NCBI RefSeq assembly: GCF_009914755.1
Contig: NC_060935.1
Direction: 5' to 3' (one strand)
Source of the DNA: the human T2T-CHM13v2.0 reference genome, Homo sapiens
Length of the DNA: 64,000 nucleotides
Translations under genes and position numbers: made by a program
Notes under the pieces: generated by a model
What the model saw: the letters and a program-made list of their open reading frames with translations, nothing else
Databases searched by the model: none
Told to the model about the DNA's origin: nothing
In this document: one piece after another, positions 20,699 through 43,496 of the stretch
Layout of the letters: the number at the start of each line of letters is the position of its first letter
Position numbering within the stretch: position 1 is the stretch's first letter

Positions 20699-21243
20699 CT
20701 AGCAGCTTTGTCCTGTGCCATCCAACAACAGATGACCGAAGTCTTTGTTTCTTAACATGCATTCCATCTGCCTTACAGTTTTGCCACCTGCAAAACAGAG
20801 GACTTGTCGCTTTTCTGGTAAGCTGGAAATGTAATCTGGTAGCAGGAGGCCTGTGGAAGCTTGCCTTTAATGGCCTTGTGTCTCTTTCATCCTGTCCTGA
20901 GAGCCGGAGAACTTGGATGTTGCACCTAACTCAACCTTCCTGTTAACATACAGTTCTGCAGGCTCATGGATCATCAGAACCACGTCCTATCTCACGCGGC
21001 TGTATGCTTCCGTTGGTTCAGGTGTTTTTACCTTGACAGTATTTTCTCCTCGGTGGCTTTTGCGGTGGTTGCTTTTAATCAGCATTGACTCTTCAAGAAA
21101 AATATTTAGCTGCTACATCTCAGAGGAGACAGGGTGGAAAGCATCTGAGACCTGCAGGCTCAGACTTAGAACCAGAAGTGCCCTCAGAGTTCATCCGGCC
21201 CTGACCCAGCGGGAAATGAGTTCACAGAGAAGCGGGAGAACTT

Positions 21244-21384
21244 TGCCCCAGGCCCTGCCGTTGCTCATAACTGCCCCAGGTCCTTACATTTGCTCCAGGT
21301 CCTGCCCCAGGCCCTGCAGTTGCTCATAACTGCCCCAGGTCCTTATATTTGCTCCAGGTCCTGCCCCAGGTCCTGCAGTTGCTC
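21244..21384. repeat. 59-bp tandem repeat, ~2.4 copies
   Basis: tgccccagg[c/t]cctgc[c/a]gttgctc at 21244, 21303, 21362. Confidence 0.88.
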
Positions 21385-21666
21385 TGTGTGGTGGGTGTGA
21401 TCTGGAGCCCTCCGCCCATTGCTGCACCTGGGGCAGGCATTGCTAATTGATCCCAGGACTCCTTCCTGCGGAGCACGCCCTGGTTCTCCAGGCAGCCGCT
21501 GCCTGTCAGCCTGCAGTGGTTCGGGAGAGGACACCTGCTTGCCTGGTCTGTTCCAAATCTTGCTTCTCATCCCAGCACAGGTAGGGGGTGCTATGGGAAA
21601 GGGATCCTCAGTTGGCCCTGTCACTGCTCTATCAGCTGGGGACGTGGCATCCTAGTGAAAACATCA

Positions 21667-22450
<784 letters not shown>

Positions 22451-23426
22451 TGAGGAGGAAGTGACGGGTCCATGCCTGGGCATAAGTGTTGAGCTCAGGT
22501 GCCCCGACCTGGGGAAGGGCAGGACAGGAAAGGTGACAGTATCTGGCCAAGGACAGATGGGAAGGGACCAAGGGAGCTGATTAGGGAGTGGTTATGGACT
22601 AGGAATGTCGGTAACAATGGTTAGAAAGTGACTAACATTTGTTGAGCACCTGCTGTGTGCCCGGCCCTGGCCGGGAGCCTTCGTGCCCACAGTGACCCCG
22701 TCTGCAAATGTAGTTCCTTGCCCTACTCGCACTGGGGAGCAGGACGCAGAGCCGTGCAACTCACAGGTGCCAAGCTCAGGACTCCCTCCTGGGTCTGCCT
22801 GGGCTGGGCTGTGCTTGTTGCCCCTGTGGCCCACGCATGTGCACCTTCCACCTGAAAGCCAGGATCTTCAGGACGCTCCCCGAGGAGGTCGTTGTCTGGC
22901 ACAATGATTTGTCTCTTCCTGAAAAGGTGACAGAGTTACACTGGAGAGAGCAGCATCCAGGTGCGGCAGGGACAGGCCTGGGGCTCGCGGGCAGGGACTC
23001 TGTGTCCTGCCGGGGTCCCACACTGCACCTGCTTGTCAGAGGCACTCAGTCAATCTTTGCTGATGAAGGATGAGAGGACAGAGGACGTGATGCTTGCTGC
23101 TGCATTGCCTGCAGTCCTGGGTGAGATGCCCGGGTTGACTCTGCTGCCCGTCGGGTGGATGTGATGTCAGATCCCCGGCTTTAAAATACGAGGGAGCTGG
23201 GAATTGAGGGAGCAGGTTGGGGCAGAAAGCACAGCCCCGTGGAAGCCTGGAGCTGAGGCAGTGTGGGCGACCCCTGGAGCAGTGAGTGCTTCCTTCATGG
23301 CCTTCATCGCACCCTGCAGTCCTCATGTAGGGGATGCCATCCATGAATTTAGTTTTCCCAGCCTCCTTTAAAAACGCGTTCATGCTGGGGCCGGGGCAGT
23401 GCAGTGGCTCACATCTGAAATCCCAC

Positions 23427-23696
<270 letters not shown>

Positions 23697-23889
23697 GTAC
23701 AAAAAAAAAAAAATTAGTCTGGGTGTGGTATCACGCGCCTATAATCTCACTACTCGAGAGGCTGAGGCGGAGAATTGCTTGAACCCAGGAGGTAGAGGTT
23801 GTAGTGAGCCCGTATCGTACCACTGCCCTCCACCTGGGCAATAGAGCGAGACTCTGTCTCAAAAAGAAAAAAAAAAAAAGAACATTTAT

Positions 23890-24193
23890 GCCAGGTGTGG
23901 TGGCTCATGCCTGAAATCCCAGAACTTTGGAAGACTGAGGCAGGAGGATCACTTGAGCCCAGAAATTTGAGAGTGTCTTCCCTGGGCAACATAGAGAGAC
24001 CTCATCTCTACCAGAAAAAAAAAAATTAGCCCGGCATGGTGGCATATCCCTGTGGTCCCAGCTACTTAGGGGGCTGACGTGGCAGGATCACCTGAGTCTG
24101 GAGGCAGAGGTTGAAGTGAGCTGAGATCATGCCACTGCACTCCAGCCTGGGTGACAGACAGAGACCCTGTCTCAAAAAAAAAAAAAAAAAAAA
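23890..24193 (+). mobile_element. Old Alu (AluJ-like)
   Basis: aggatcacttgagcccag, gagaccctgtctc, poly-A. Confidence 0.88.
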
Positions 24194-25127
24194 GCATTTA
24201 CTATCCACCATGGAAGGTGAGACTGACCTGTGAGTGATTGTTCAAAGAACAAAAAATAAACCCCAGAGATAAGACAAAAGGGTGCCTCCATGGGGGTGTG
24301 ATTTAAAGCTGAGAAATTGGGCTTCTTCCCCCTCCCCTCTCACCCCGTGGTTTGCTAAAGGAGATGGGAAAAAGGATTCTTTTTTTGGCTGAAATATTTA
24401 ACACTAAATTAAAGCCAATTTTAACAGCACTTTGGTTGATGAGTGAAATTAACAGACTGGCCAAAAATAAACGAACGGTCTGTACTATGTGAAAAAGAGG
24501 CAGCTTTGGCCATGCTGGGCCAATGTGAGTTTTCAGGGTTGCTGGGAATGTCTGTGAATCGGAGGAAGGGCCTAGCTGGGACTCTCAGGAGCCAAGGCCC
24601 TGAGGGGCAACTTGCCTGGTCCCTGCCCTGAGGCGTTCACTGCTTTCTTCCTGGGCCAGATCACAGGCCCGGAGGCTGGACCACTGGGCTGGCACTCTTG
24701 CCGAGCTGCTCCCTGACTTCCTGACCATGCTCCTTTCAGCAGCCTTGCTGCACTTTAGTTTCCTTGAATGAAAAATGGGGATGAGAATAGCTCCTACCTC
24801 CAAGGTGAATGGAGTGAGTTCGGACAGGTGACTCCCTGGGACCAGTGCCTGGCGCCTGACAAGGTCCAGTCAGAGCCCGCACTGCTGTTACTGATACCCT
24901 TGGCTGTACCAGGGGAGAACTTGGTTGCCATTGCCAGGTGTTCTCCCACCACCCCCACTACTGTCCCTGTTTGATGTGTGGCGGGAATAAAGCTGTGCAC
25001 ATTGGAGCTTTTGGCACATCCTGGCTTTCAGGTGAAAGGTGCGTGTGTGTTTGAGGGTTTAGCCTGGCCAACCCAGCCATGAGGTCGGACCTGACCTGGG
25101 GGTGAGTCCTGAGCTCGGCACCCCTGA

Positions 25128-25604
<477 letters not shown>

Positions 25605-25874
25605 TAAAGCACTATCGTATTTATTGTAACGCAGTTCAAGCTAATCAAATATGAGCAAGCCTATTTAAAAAAAAAAAAGATGATTATAATGAGCAAGTCC
25701 GGTAGACACACATAAGGGCTTTTGTGAAATGCTTGTGTGAATGTGAAATATTTGTTGTCCGTTGAGCTTGACTTCAGACACCCCACCCACTCCCTTGTCG
25801 GTGCCCGTTTGCTCAGCAGACTCTTTCTTCATTTATAGTGCAAATGTAAACATCCAGGACAAATACAGGAAGAC

Positions 25875-26176
25875 TTTTTTTTTTTTTTTTTGAGACAGAG
25901 TCTTACTCTGTTGCCCAGGCTGGAGTACCGTAGCGTGAGCTCAGCTCACTGCAACCTCCGCCTCCCAGGTTCAAGCGATTCTTCTGCCTCAGCCTCCTGA
26001 GTAGCTGGGACTACAGACATGCACCACCACACCCAGCTAATTTTTTTTATATTTTTAGTAGAGACAGGGTTTCATCATGTTGGCCAGGCTGGTCTTGAAC
26101 TCCTGACCTCAGGTGATCTGCCCGCCTCGGCCTCCCAAAGTGCTGAGATAACAGGTGTGAGCCACCGTTCCCGGCC
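25875..26176 (-). mobile_element. Alu
   Basis: antisense Alu; TSD aggaa[g/a]acttttt. Confidence 0.92.
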
Positions 26177-26178
26177 TA

Positions 26179-26715
<537 letters not shown>

Positions 26716-26769
26716 CTAAAGTATTGGACAACTACAATGTTTGCTCATTTATTATTCTATGATTTGTTT

Positions 26770-27753
<984 letters not shown>

Positions 27754-27802
<49 letters not shown>

Positions 27803-28116
27803 TACATACACGCACACACACATAATATAAAAATATATATTTATAAATATATAATATATAATATAAAAATATATATTTATAAATAAAATTTATAAATTAT
27901 ATTTATAAGTAAATATATAATATATAATATAAAAATATATATTATATAATATATAATAAAATATATAATATAAAAATATATATTTATAAATAATATATAA
28001 TACATACTTATAAGTATATATTTAAAATATATGTAATGTATATTTTTTAATGTATGATATATAATATACATTTATAAATACACATTTATATTATTTTATA
28101 TAAAATATATATAAAA
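27754..28116. repeat. AT-rich low-complexity / (TA)n-derived tract
   Basis: ~360 bp almost pure A/T grown from an Alu tail; ataatataaaaatatatat recurs. Confidence 0.95.
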
Positions 28117-28267
28117 TCTCCAAGTTGCTTTTTCCAAAAAGGTGTCTTGCTGCATTTCAAACATTCATTTAAAAACTTGAATGCTGGTGATCTGGTCCAG
28201 AATGTGTTCAGTAGCTGCTGCCAGTGGCCAAGCATCTCGGGAGATGTCTACAAAACACGCTGGTTCT

Positions 28268-28567
<300 letters not shown>

Positions 28568-28582
28568 GATGCTGGTTCCTAA

Positions 28583-28843
<261 letters not shown>

Positions 28844-29832
28844 TAAGTGTTTGCCTGTCCCGTGCGTCCTTGTGTTCACCTCGTATGAGACAGTGCGGGG
28901 GTGCCAACTGGGCAAGGTGGCAGGCTGTCCGTGTGGCCCTCAGTGATTAGAGCTGTACTGATGTCATTAGCCTTGATGGTGGCCAGGACTGGTAGGGCCC
29001 TCAGAGGTCATGGAGTTCCTTCGTGGAGCGGGTGCTGAGGCTGTATCAGGCACAGTGCTGGCTGCTTTCACCTGGGCCGTCTCACCGAAGTGTCCATGGA
29101 GCCTGCGTAGGGTGGGTATCTGTGTCGATTTTACAGATGCAGAAACAGGCTCAGAGAAACCGAGTGACTTCCCTAAGGTCACATACCCAGTTAGAGCAGA
29201 GCTGGGCCAGGAAGTGCTGTCTCAGGCTCCTGACCAGGTCTCCTTGCTTTGCACTCTTGCCAAAACCATGATCCAGAACTGACTTTGAGGTCCCCGGACC
29301 TCAGGCTCCTCCGAAATGGCCTCTTGGAGGCTGCTGAGCCACAGCTTAGGACCCACCTCGAGAGGCAAATGTGCTTTGAGCTGCCAGGCGTCCTGGGGGC
29401 CCTGCCTTGGGCACGGGGTTCAGACAGGCCCCAGATGTGTGGGGCGTCTTTCTGGACTTGAGTTTTCTTTTCTGTGTGGTGGACACAGTGCTCACCCCTT
29501 AAAGCACCTGTGATGTGTGCAGCAGCCCAATCCCTGCCTGTCGCCTGTTCTGCTAGGGAAGGAAGGAAGACTTCAGGATGGCAGGACAACAGAAAGAGGT
29601 CCAGGTTTTAGAGCAAGGGCAGGTCAAACTTAGAAAATTCTGGAATGAGGATGTGCATTTCCTCTTCTGGATCTGCTAAAAGAAGAGGGAAGGAGGGGCT
29701 GCTGGGGGAGGAGCCCAGAGCCGAGTTTACATCCGGATCCCGCAAGGCCTCCCCTGCCCTGAGGTCTTGTTTTGTGATGTGCTTGTGTCCATCCTGGTTT
29801 CTGCCGTGTCCCCAACATCCGGCCAAGCTTAG

Positions 29833-30543
<711 letters not shown>

Positions 30544-31060
30544 TGACAGCTGTTTCCTGTGCACCTGCTGGGCACTAGGTCCCAGCTAATCCCTGTGCCA
30601 GGACTCTAATTTCACCCTAACACACATGGTGGTTTTCATTGCTGGGGAAGCTGAGGCCTGAGCACATGACTTGCCTTAGGTCACATAGCTGGTGAGTTCA
30701 GGATCCCCCAGAGATACCAGGGCCAGCACTCGATCCCCACCCAGCCCTGAACCCCACCATGTGCTGGGATTGTGCTGGGAGTGTCCACACGCCTGGGACC
30801 CCAGGGCTGGTGCTCTCATCTCCTTTTTCCAGATCATGAGAATGAGGCTCAGGGAAGTTTGAAAAAAACCTATCCCAAGTCACACAGCAACAGGAGCAGG
30901 ATTTGAACCCAGAAAAGGGGACCGCACACTCTGTTCTGCTAGAGTAGTTAGCTGTCCTGGGTGATATGGCAGGTGACAGGGGCAACTGTGCTTAACAAAG
31001 GAACCCCCATCCCCCCTGCCAAGTTGGGAGACTAGAAGGTCAGGGGCAGAAGCTCTGAAG

Positions 31061-31574
<514 letters not shown>

Positions 31575-32293
31575 CTACTCGCCATCTGCACTGGGTGTGG
31601 TTGTGCCCATTTTACAGATGAGGAGGCTGGGGCATCGACCAGCTGAATGCCTTGTCCCAGGTACTGCGTAGGCAGAGCTGGCAGTTGAACCCCGTGTCCT
31701 GGTTGTCGCTGGGGGTGGGCTGCACCCTGACTTGTGAGGCCAGTAGCAAGGTTTGCACGTGACTTCGTGACCGTCACCCAGCTCTGCAGCACATCCCGTG
31801 ACCCAGCTCATCCAGGCCGCATGCAAACCTGTTGCCAGGCGAGAAACCAGTCACCGCACAGCTGTGGTTGCCTGAAATGATTAAGCTCATTAATCACCCC
31901 GGAGTGAGGACAGACTCAGATGAAAACCAGCAAAAGCCCTGGAAACTCATGTGACCCTGCCAATGAGGGCGGCCATGTGCATTGCAGCCTGGCCGTCACT
32001 CCTCGGTACGTGTTTTGGACTTAAACGCTCCGGATGTTTACTGAGTGCTTGATTAATAACATGGAAGGCCTGGTCTCATTGCTGTGGGAGTGAAGGATGC
32101 ACAGCCAGGCCTGACATGATGAGAACAAGAACCTGGAGTCTCGCTGCCTGGGTGGTAATCCTGGCCCTGCCACTTAGCAACTGTGTGACTGTAGCCAGGT
32201 CACTTAATTTTGCTAGATCCTGCCTGCGCTTCAGTGGATCTTGCTGGTTTTCCAAGGTGGCCAAACACTTTAAGGCATTCATGTGGTCGCTAG

Positions 32294-32752
<459 letters not shown>

Positions 32753-34165
32753 TAGATCAGGCTGGTTCTGGGAGCTGACGCTGAAAGGAGCTTCTCATCT
32801 GGGGTTCCTGGGTGTACATAGATGGTTGGGTAGGTTGTGCACTGCACAAGCTGCATGATGCTACCTGGGGGTCCAGGTCCAGGCTGGATGGACTTGTTGC
32901 TTCATCAGGACATAGATAAATGGCCAAAACTCCTCAGCTGGAAGGTCCTGGGCAGGATCTTTGGGTGTGAAAACCAGTCACAGGGGAAGGGTGCTTGCTC
33001 ATACTGCCAGCACAGTGCTGAGTGCTTTCCATAGCGCTCGTTTACTCCTCAAGCCTGGAGGGTGGGGAGTAGCATGGTCCCATTTCACGTACAAGGAACC
33101 CGATGCACAGAGAGGTGTGGCAACCCATCCAAGGCCATACAACTGGGGTGGGTTGAGCCGGGGTTGACTGTGGCAGGCTGGCTCAAGAGTCCCTGCTCCT
33201 GAACCCTTGCCAGGCAGCCTGGCATCAGCTCGGGGAATTTTTGCCCTGACCCTTGGAAGCAAGTGGGCCTCTTTGTTCTCATGTCAGTGATGAGAAGAGT
33301 GACTTTCCTATGGCCCCTCTGGAGTACAGGTGTTTCCTGTTGGCGGGCTCTTCCCCCATGACATCAGCAGCGAGCTGGTTATGATTCCCTACGCAGAACT
33401 TGATAGTTTATAAAGCTCTTTGTCATCCAGGCCCCGTTGGAGTCTCACGCAGACCTGGTCGCAGGCGGGGCTGGTCTTGCCTGTCCCAGCTGCATGGATG
33501 GGGAACTTGAGGCTTGCAAAGGTTAAGGGGCTGTTCGAGGCCCAGGCTGGCAGGAGATGGGCCTGGGCCAGAGTCTGGGACTTCCCATGCCTGGGCTGTC
33601 TTTGGTCCTGTTGCTCACCATCCCTCCCTGGGGCCATGACCTTAGAGAGCCAAATGGAGGTGCAGGTAACCCACGGCAAGGAGGGGTTGCCATGACTCAG
33701 AGTCCCCGTCCTGTGGCCGGCAGTACCTGGTGCAACGACTTGGATTTCAGACCAGCCACTGTAGCCCGCTGACGGTGCGCTCGAAGTGCCACAGCTTCTG
33801 AAGCCAGGCAGGACTCAGGCCAGGAGACTCTGTTAGCTGTTGAGAGGGAGAGGCCAACGGATGTTCTGGTTCTGCTAGAGAGCTGGTTCTTCGGATCCTG
33901 GTACCAGTGCACTGAGAGGAGGCCCAGCTTGATTCTGGGGCTGCCTTGTGGTGGCATGTGCTGCTCACTGACACCCTCGAGGAGTGTCTTCTCTCGGGCT
34001 TGTTGACTGTGCCCGGTTTTCCGCAGTTCACTGGTGCACACATAGGCACATAGCAAACCGCACACACAGTCGTGGGTATGAGTTTCACTACATTCCACCA
34101 CCAGTGTTCACTACCATTACCTGCCTTCCGTCTTAAGTGTTCATCATTTAAAAATAAATTTATTG

Positions 34166-34480
34166 GGCTGGACGCGGTGGCTCATGACTGTTATCCCAGC
34201 ACTTTGGGAGGCTGAGGCGGGCAGATCACCTGAGGTCAGGAGTTCAAGACCAGCCTGGCCAATATGGTGAAACTCCATCTCTACTAAAAATACAAAATTA
34301 GCTGGGCATGGTGGGGCATGCCTATAATCCCAGCTACTCAGGAGGCTGAGGCAGGAGAATGGCGTGAACCCGAGAGGCAGAGCTTACAGTGAGCCCAGAT
34401 AGCACCACTGCAGTCCAGCGTGGGCAACAGTGCGAGACTCCATCTCAAAAAAAAAATAAATAAATAAAAGAAAAATAAAT
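34166..34480 (+). mobile_element. Alu
   Basis: TSD aaaaataaatttat. Confidence 0.92.
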
Positions 34481-34502
34481 TTATGATCTATTTCAAAAAT
34501 AA

Positions 34503-35000
<498 letters not shown>

Positions 35001-35266
35001 TAGCAGAGGGAGGAAACAGAGGATGGCTCTGGGTGAATGATGACTTGGGCTTCGATTATGTAGTCACAGGGTATGACCCTGAGATGCGTGGAACCCCGAG
35101 ACTGTGATTATATGTAGAAACTGGGTTTCCCCGTTGTTTAAGTAGTCATGGTGGGGTCAGACCCCACAGGACTTTTGTCTTTTCAAGAAAGAAAATGGTC
35201 GTGTGTCATGCAGGGGTAGTTGGTACTGGTTAATCCAGGTTTATCCTTTATTTTGTGGGAACTGTA

Positions 35267-36431
<1,165 letters not shown>

Positions 36432-36534
36432 TCAGGCCCACCTGGAGTCTGCAGCATGGGGCACAACAGGTTCATTAGTGTAGAATTCCAGGACAGGCCT
36501 GGCTCCTAAGCAGCCTTCTTTTACAAAAACTGCA

Positions 36535-36808
36535 GAGCCCGCCTGTATCCTAGCACTTTGGGAGGCCGAAGTGGGTGGATCACGAGGTCAGGAGTTCAAG
36601 ACCAGCCTGGCCAACATGGTGAAACCCCATCTCTACTAAATATACGAAAATTAGCTGGGTGTGGTGGCACGCGCCTGTAGTCCCAGCTACTCGGGAGGCT
36701 GAGGCAGAATTGCTTGAACCTGGGAGGTGGAGGTTGCAGGGATCTGAGACCATGTCATTGCACTCCAGCCTGGGCAACAGAGCGAGACGCCATCTCAAAA
36801 AAAAAAAA
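36535..36808 (+). mobile_element. Alu, 5'-truncated
   Basis: Alu consensus. Confidence 0.9.
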
Positions 36809-37568
36809 CCTACAGAGCCACACGGCCTCTTTCTCCACCGAGTGTTGGTGTGGGAGCTTGTGTTATTGTGGTGAAATCTTGGTACTTTCTTGAGGCAGAG
36901 AGAGGCTGAGCGCCTGGAGAGACTTTCACATGGGTCGCCATGTCCGCCGTCGGTTTCGCTGTTGTGCTCCCCATCTGAAGGCTGGTGCCGTCCAGACAGG
37001 CTGGACGCCCCTTTCCACCAGATCCTTCCTCCCGCAGCAGTTTCTAGTTACGTTGTACTGTGAGGTCTGTGTCCTTGGTTGATGGCAAAAGTCAGCCGAA
37101 TTGAAATTCAGAGCCATGCCTGGCTCCCTGGAGCTTCTCTCCTGGGCAGCTGTGATCATTGCCTCTGCTGTGGTGTGGGTGGTGGAAATGGATTCCTTTC
37201 ATCTTGCTTGCTACAGGTGACTGTCACGTGGAGTCCTTTGGAGAGAGGGACGTGTTAATTGATGGATGTGGCTCCCATGCTGAGAAAGCTCCTGGGCGTA
37301 CATTGCCTTAGAGTTTCATTGGAGCTGCGTTCTTTTATGGTGTCTGCTAGGCAGAAGTGATGAAGACTTGGAAGAAAACCCAGAAGGTTTTCCACTTAAT
37401 TTGGAAAATGTGCTTTTCCCCTCCTGTGTCTTTTGCTAAGGTCCAGCCTCCTGCAGCCTCCCCGCTCTGTGGACTCTGGCTTTGATTCTTTATTAGGAGT
37501 CCCCCTGCTCCCCCAAAAGATGGTGTCTAAATTATCATCCAATTGGCCGAGGTTTTGTTTTCTATTAA

Positions 37569-39668
<2,100 letters not shown>

Positions 39669-40080
39669 GTTCAGGGTTTATGAAACTGGCCAGCCGCGTA
39701 AAGTTTGCTGTGTTGTTTTTGTGCCCGGGAGGAGTGTGGCCAGGGTGTCACGTCACACAGTACACGTTTCTCAGATGGTGGTTCTCCAGACTGCTGTCCC
39801 AAAGTCTGTTTTTGCATCTGGTTCCCACAGACCCACCCTCCACGGTGAGCCTGATTTTGGCCAGGGTAGCTGGAATCTTGCTTGTCTTTCAGCCCGGCAG
39901 CTGTACCAGTCCAGGGTCCACAGCTAGTGGCTTTTAGGAAGGAATTTGTTCAGTTGGCTTTGACACATGGCCCCCTAGGGTCCACAGCTCTGTAGTGATG
40001 TGGATGTTGTTATCTACAAAGACACATGATCCTTCGTGTCCAGATGAAAGTGATGATGTCTTTGCAGCTGCCCAGCAAGG

Positions 40081-40081
<1 letters not shown>

Positions 40082-40126
<45 letters not shown>

Positions 40127-40268
40127 TGTGGTGTGTGTGTGTGTATGGGGGAGGGAGGCACCCTTTCCATCTGGGGGTGTGTGTGTGTGGGGTGTGTGTG
40201 TGTGTGTGCGCGTGTGTGTGGTGTGTGGTGTGTGTGTGTGTATGGGGGAGGCACCCTTTCCATCTGGG
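40082..40268. repeat. Compound (TG)n array with a duplicated spacer
   Basis: two TG blocks, each followed by tatgggg...gaggcaccctttccatctggg. Confidence 0.95.
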
Positions 40269-40319
40269 TCCAAGAGACTGGGCCTGGGGAAGACGCTTCT
40301 TTTTATCTACTTAGAGACT

Positions 40320-40640
40320 TTGTTTTATTTGTATTTTTTTGAGACAGGGTCTCACTCTGTCACCCAGGCTGGGGTATGGTGATATGAGCATAGCTCACTG
40401 CAGCCTCGGCCTCCCAGGCTGAAGCGATCCTCCCACCTCAGCCTTCTGAATAGCTGGGACTGTAGGCGTGCGTCACCATACTGAGCTATTGTTTTTTTTG
40501 TTTGGTTGGTTTAATTTTTTTTGATACAGATGGAGTCTTGCTATGTTGCCCAGACTAGTCTCAAACTCCTGAACTCAAGTGATTCTCCCACCTCAGTTTC
40601 CCGACATTCTGGGATCACAGGTGTGAGCCACTGCTGTCTC
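40320..40640 (-). mobile_element. Old Alu (AluJ-like)
   Basis: diverged antisense Alu. Confidence 0.85.
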
Positions 40641-41117
40641 CCTGTTTTATTAACTGCTGAAAGACCTAGATAAAGAAAGTCTGAAAAGACTTACTATCAG
40701 AGCACCATCCTAAGATGATTCCCTCTGACTCAATGGAGAGGGAGGGGAGCTTTTCCTTCAGGCCTGGGTGGCAGGAGCCCAGGTGCTCCAGGCCCCATTT
40801 GCCCCAGGCCAAATCACTCGGGAACTTGGATGCAGCTGTCTTTCAGGGTAACCCAAAGGAACCAGATCCCCGCAGGCAGTAGGCTTCTGGGCTGTCCTCT
40901 CCTCCTACGTCAGCTCAGTAAGAGCCCTTCGAAGGGATGCTGTGTCGGAGGCCCCAAAAGCCCAGGCTCATCCCTGAGATGCACAGGGTGGGCTGGGCTT
41001 AGGCAGCGCTCGAGCATCTCCTGGACGGTGACCCCAGAGAGTGTGGAGACGGAGAGTCCTTGAGAGTCACTGAGAGACGTGGCTGCCCTGCCTTCCCAAG
41101 AGGGGCTCTGAGTCATT

Positions 41118-41325
41118 CCCCACACTCACCTGCCCCTACCCACCCTCACCTGGCCCCCAGCCTCACCTACCCCCACATCTGTACCGATCCCTTTACCCGC
41201 ACCTTCCCTACCCACCCTCACCTCCCCTGTACCTTCACCTCCCCCACTCACCCGCCCCTGCACCCTCACCTGTCCCCCACCTTCACCTAACCCCCACCCT
41301 CACCTGCCCTCCCCTCACCTGGCCT
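41118..41325. repeat. C-rich degenerate repeat built on cctcacct + C-runs
   Basis: about 10 [c/t]tcacc motifs separated by C3-C5 runs. Confidence 0.85.
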
Positions 41326-41646
41326 CCTTCCGTTGGGGAAGGGGTTGTAAGGGGCGGCCCCCAAACTGTCTGTCCTGGTGCCCTGCAGAGAAAACAGTAC
41401 GTGAGGGCCGCAGTCCAAAAGCTTGAGTCCTGGAAGGTGGAGGAGACAGGGATGTGTTGGGAAGGGCCCCATGGTCTTGGATCCCTTCTCGACTGTCAAT
41501 GGGGCCTTCATGGGAGCGCCAGTCTAGTGATGCACAGCTGGGTGCCCGGCGGGTGGCTGAGGAGGCCTAAAGTCCGAGGCGGCAAGAGCTCTTCCAGAGG
41601 CTGTTGTCCTAATCGCTCTGGCATACTCAGGCGGGCACGTAGTTAG

Positions 41647-42093
<447 letters not shown>

Positions 42094-42964
42094 TAGGAGG
42101 CCAACGGGTGGGTGGGGGTGCTGCCCGTCCAGGCGTGCCCGCCGTGTCTTCTGCCGAATGCCAGCCTCTCACAGGCTGGGGAGACTTTCCACCCTGGGGA
42201 TCCAATGGGTGGCTTTCCAGGGTCCCAAAAGCAAACACAGGCTCTTTCACAGCCCCTCCAGGAAAGCAGAAAGCCCCAAGGGCTGGAAGGGAAGGGGGAG
42301 CTCTGCTGAGAGGTTACAAGGCAGCGCTGGCCGACGGGAGTTGCAGTTGATAGGTTTTGTATCATCCTTGTTAAACTTGAACCCTGTGCAGAAATCCCTT
42401 CCACGGCATGGGGGCTGCCTGTTGACTCGCTCCTGTTCCACCACAGGGAGCTCCTGGGCTTCTTCCTCCCAGAGGCCCCCGACGCTCCCACCTGTTGGTC
42501 GTCAGAGCTTCTGGTTGGTGGGAAGGCACCCAGGACCTTGAGGTCTCCAGAGAGAAAAGCCAGGGAAAGAGGGAGACCGAAACCCATGTGACATGAAACT
42601 CAGGCTCCAAACTGAGCACGGGAACGTTTGGGGACAGGAGCGCGATGGCCTTCCTCAGATAGCTGGGGGGCTGGCATGAAGACGGGAGCTACAGCCAGCA
42701 CAGGTCCTGGGCCGGGAGCCCAGAGATTGAGCCCTGACTCTGTCACTTACTGGCCACGTGACCTTGGGCGGGTGGCATAGCCTCTTGGAGACTCAGTTTC
42801 CTCATTGGTAGGAGTGACGGCCACAGTGGTGCGGCCTCTGCAGCACACGGGGGGCTCGGTGGGCGGAAGCCCCGGGTCTATAAGGCGGCTGTGCAGGAGC
42901 CAGCCGAGCTGGTCTCCCAACAGCCAGGGCTCCGGGGTCCTTAGCAGCTGTGGGGGGCCTGCAC

Positions 42965-43363
42965 CTGTTTCCCATGGCTGCTGTCAGAAATTACCAGAAG
43001 CCAGGTGGCTGAGAGTAATGGACACTTGTTCTCTCACAGTTCCTGAGGGCTGAAGCCCGAGATCGAGGTGTGGGCAGGGCCCTGCGCCCTCTGAAGGCTC
43101 TGAGGGAACCTTTGGGCTTCTGGTGGCTCCAGGCACCCCTTGACTTGTGGTCCTGTCACTCCAGTCTCTCTGTCTGGCTGCACATGGCGTGGCCTCTTCT
43201 GTACCATTGAAGGACACTTCAGTTGGATTTAGGGCCTACCCTCACCCATTGTGGTCGTATCTTGATCCTTCATGACATTTGTAAAGACCCTGCTTCCAAA
43301 TAAGCTCACATTCTGAGGTTCTGGGGTGAGCGGGAATTTGGAGAGCATTGTTCAACTAGTATA
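42965..43363 (-). mobile_element. MaLR solo LTR (MLT1B/C-like)
   Basis: ggctgctgtcagaaattacca...ttctctcacagttc...ttggatttagggcc...aaagaccctgcttccaaataag..cacattctgagg. Confidence 0.75.
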
Positions 43364-43496
43364 GAATGTGACCTGTCAGCCTCGGGCAGCCCTGAGAGGC
43401 AGGGGCTTTCCACAGCCCAGCTGGGTGCCCTGGGCTCCGTGCTGTCCGAGGAGACGCCATCCCCACACCCGTCCTTCACCCGCCACCCTCCCGCAG

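Noticed and set aside
27877-28071. Ile/Tyr-rich 64-aa ORF; also CV/HT-repeat ORFs at 16171-16923 and 39934-40382
   Set aside because: Translations of (TA)n and (TG)n repeats.
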